IMG/VR virus record: IMGVR_UViG_3300030329_003526
Span: 1-28,229 of that record
DNA: 28,229 nucleotides
Direction: 5' to 3' (one strand)
DNA from: a virus
Lineage: Duplodnaviria > Caudoviricetes
Within the stretch, counting starts at the first letter, position 1. Each line of letters begins with the position of its first letter. A model generated the notes under the pieces. That model searched no databases. It was not told where the DNA came from and saw only the letters and a program-made list of their open reading frames with translations. The translations under genes were made by a program, and so were the position numbers. This document shows positions 27,507 to 28,229 of the stretch, in pieces.

Positions 27507-27705
27507 TCAAGGAGAGGCAGGAACCACTTGCACTGAGTTGCGTTGGGTCAGAAACCTCTCCTTGACGTCTTAATAAAATAACATTTCGTATCAGTGATTT
27601 GTAAGAGTGGCCTGACTATCTACTCGACTTATGATTCGTCAATCATTTACGTTAGTTATTAGTGCTGCCTGTCTTTAAATGTAATACTATTAATCATTTT
27701 ATTAA
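27507..27705 (-). other. Two tandem long-stem RNA structures between Ubl and E2 genes
   Basis: Perfect 11-bp inverted repeat tcaaggagagg/cctctccttga (27507-27517 / 27555-27565); 13-bp stem with 2 GU (27570-27582 / 27693-27705) enclosing hairpin atgatt-gacg-aatcat (27631-27646). Confidence 0.6.
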
Positions 27706-27715
27706 TTCTGGTTAA

Positions 27716-28066
27716 TTACTTTATAAAAGGTGTATTAAGAAGTTGATTAATAATGCCACCTTTCTTGTTACCATCTACGTAACTTACTCTACTACCTGTT
27801 TCATTTTCCATATCCCATCTACCATCTGCATCTTTTACCATTGATTCTACTGGTGTTGAGTCATGAGCTGGAACTCCATCAACAATAATATCACCTGATG
27901 GTAAATCTAAACCACTAACACCTGTTTCAGCTGTTGGTTTACGCAAATCAGCTACAGTTAGTGTTTGTGATTCATGTTTTACAATTGCAACGGCTGGTGT
28001 AATGCCATTTCTTATATATTTAATTGCACTTTCGTACAATGTTGGTCCTGCAACGACGTCTGTCAT
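27716..28066 (-). CDS. Ubiquitin-like (beta-grasp) protein precursor with KKGG and 12-aa C-terminal extension
   Basis: TVADLR helix start, IIVDG strand, DSTPV, GSRVSYV last strand, then NKKGG-IINQLLNTPFIK; first gene of the E2-JAB-E1 cluster; RBS AGGT. Confidence 0.75.
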   Translation of the reverse strand: MTDVVAGPTLYESAIKYIRNGITPAVAIVKHESQTLTVADLRKPTAETGVSGLDLPSGDIIVDGVPAHDSTPVESMVKDADGRWDMENETGSRVSYVDGNKKGGIINQLLNTPFIK

Positions 28067-28094
28067 GTTTTACCTGCTTTCTTTTGTTAACTAG

Positions 28095-28223
28095 TTAATA
28101 TAATGAAGGATAATAAATCTTCATTATGATAATAAATCCAATTGCAGTCCATACACCACGCCATAAATGACGTAGTATATGGATGATGCCTTCTTCAATC
28201 CAAAACGATTTTAAGTGATTCAT
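28095..28223 (-). CDS. Small membrane peptide (may be 5'-truncated by window edge)
   Basis: MNHLKSFWIEEGIIHILRHLWRGVWTAIGFIIIMKIYYPSLY*; single hydrophobic helix. Confidence 0.45.
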   Translation of the reverse strand: MNHLKSFWIEEGIIHILRHLWRGVWTAIGFIIIMKIYYPSLY

Positions 28224-28229
28224 ACGTAC

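Noticed and set aside
27507-27565. tRNA-like appearance (GGAGAGG...GGTTC...CCTCTCC)
   Set aside because: Only 37 nt between the stem arms; no D, anticodon or T arms can be formed.
23980-28066. Interpretation as a ThiS-ThiF or MoaD-MoeB sulfur-relay auxiliary metabolic cluster
   Set aside because: No cofactor-biosynthesis or thiolation genes nearby, and an E2-like Cys protein is embedded in the operon; disfavoured, not formally excluded.
1-28229. Genome-wide stop-codon reassignment as in some crAss-like phages
   Set aside because: Standard-code ORFs tile the window; TGA and TAG act as real stops at several gene junctions (18036, 20168, 22647, 18229, 25591). Only one internal TGA was found.

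Overview
AT-rich fragment of a dsDNA tailed-phage genome with two convergent gene blocks meeting at 16914/16944. The + strand (1-16914) is a virion module. It holds a small AT-hook basic peptide, a peptidoglycan-binding protein, a tail stabilization/nozzle-like protein, a gp53-like tail protein, three probable ejection proteins, and a 3154-aa protein carrying a two-barrel RNA polymerase active-site motif (GGADLDGD), most likely a virion-packaged RNAP of the crAss-like/phi14:2 gp66 type. The - strand (16944-28229) is an early/replication module with a Sak4-like AAA ATPase, an SSB-like protein, an AEP primase-DnaB-like helicase fusion, an HNH nuclease and many small ORFs. The main finding is an apparently complete phage-encoded ubiquitin-like conjugation operon at 23980-28066: a Ubl with a masked KKGG, a large E2-like protein, a JAB/JAMM peptidase and a ThiF/E1-like enzyme. 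Several intergenic gaps are filled with long-stem RNA structures, and one small gene has an in-frame UGA followed by a SECIS-like hairpin. All calls rest on motifs read by eye; no database searches were run.
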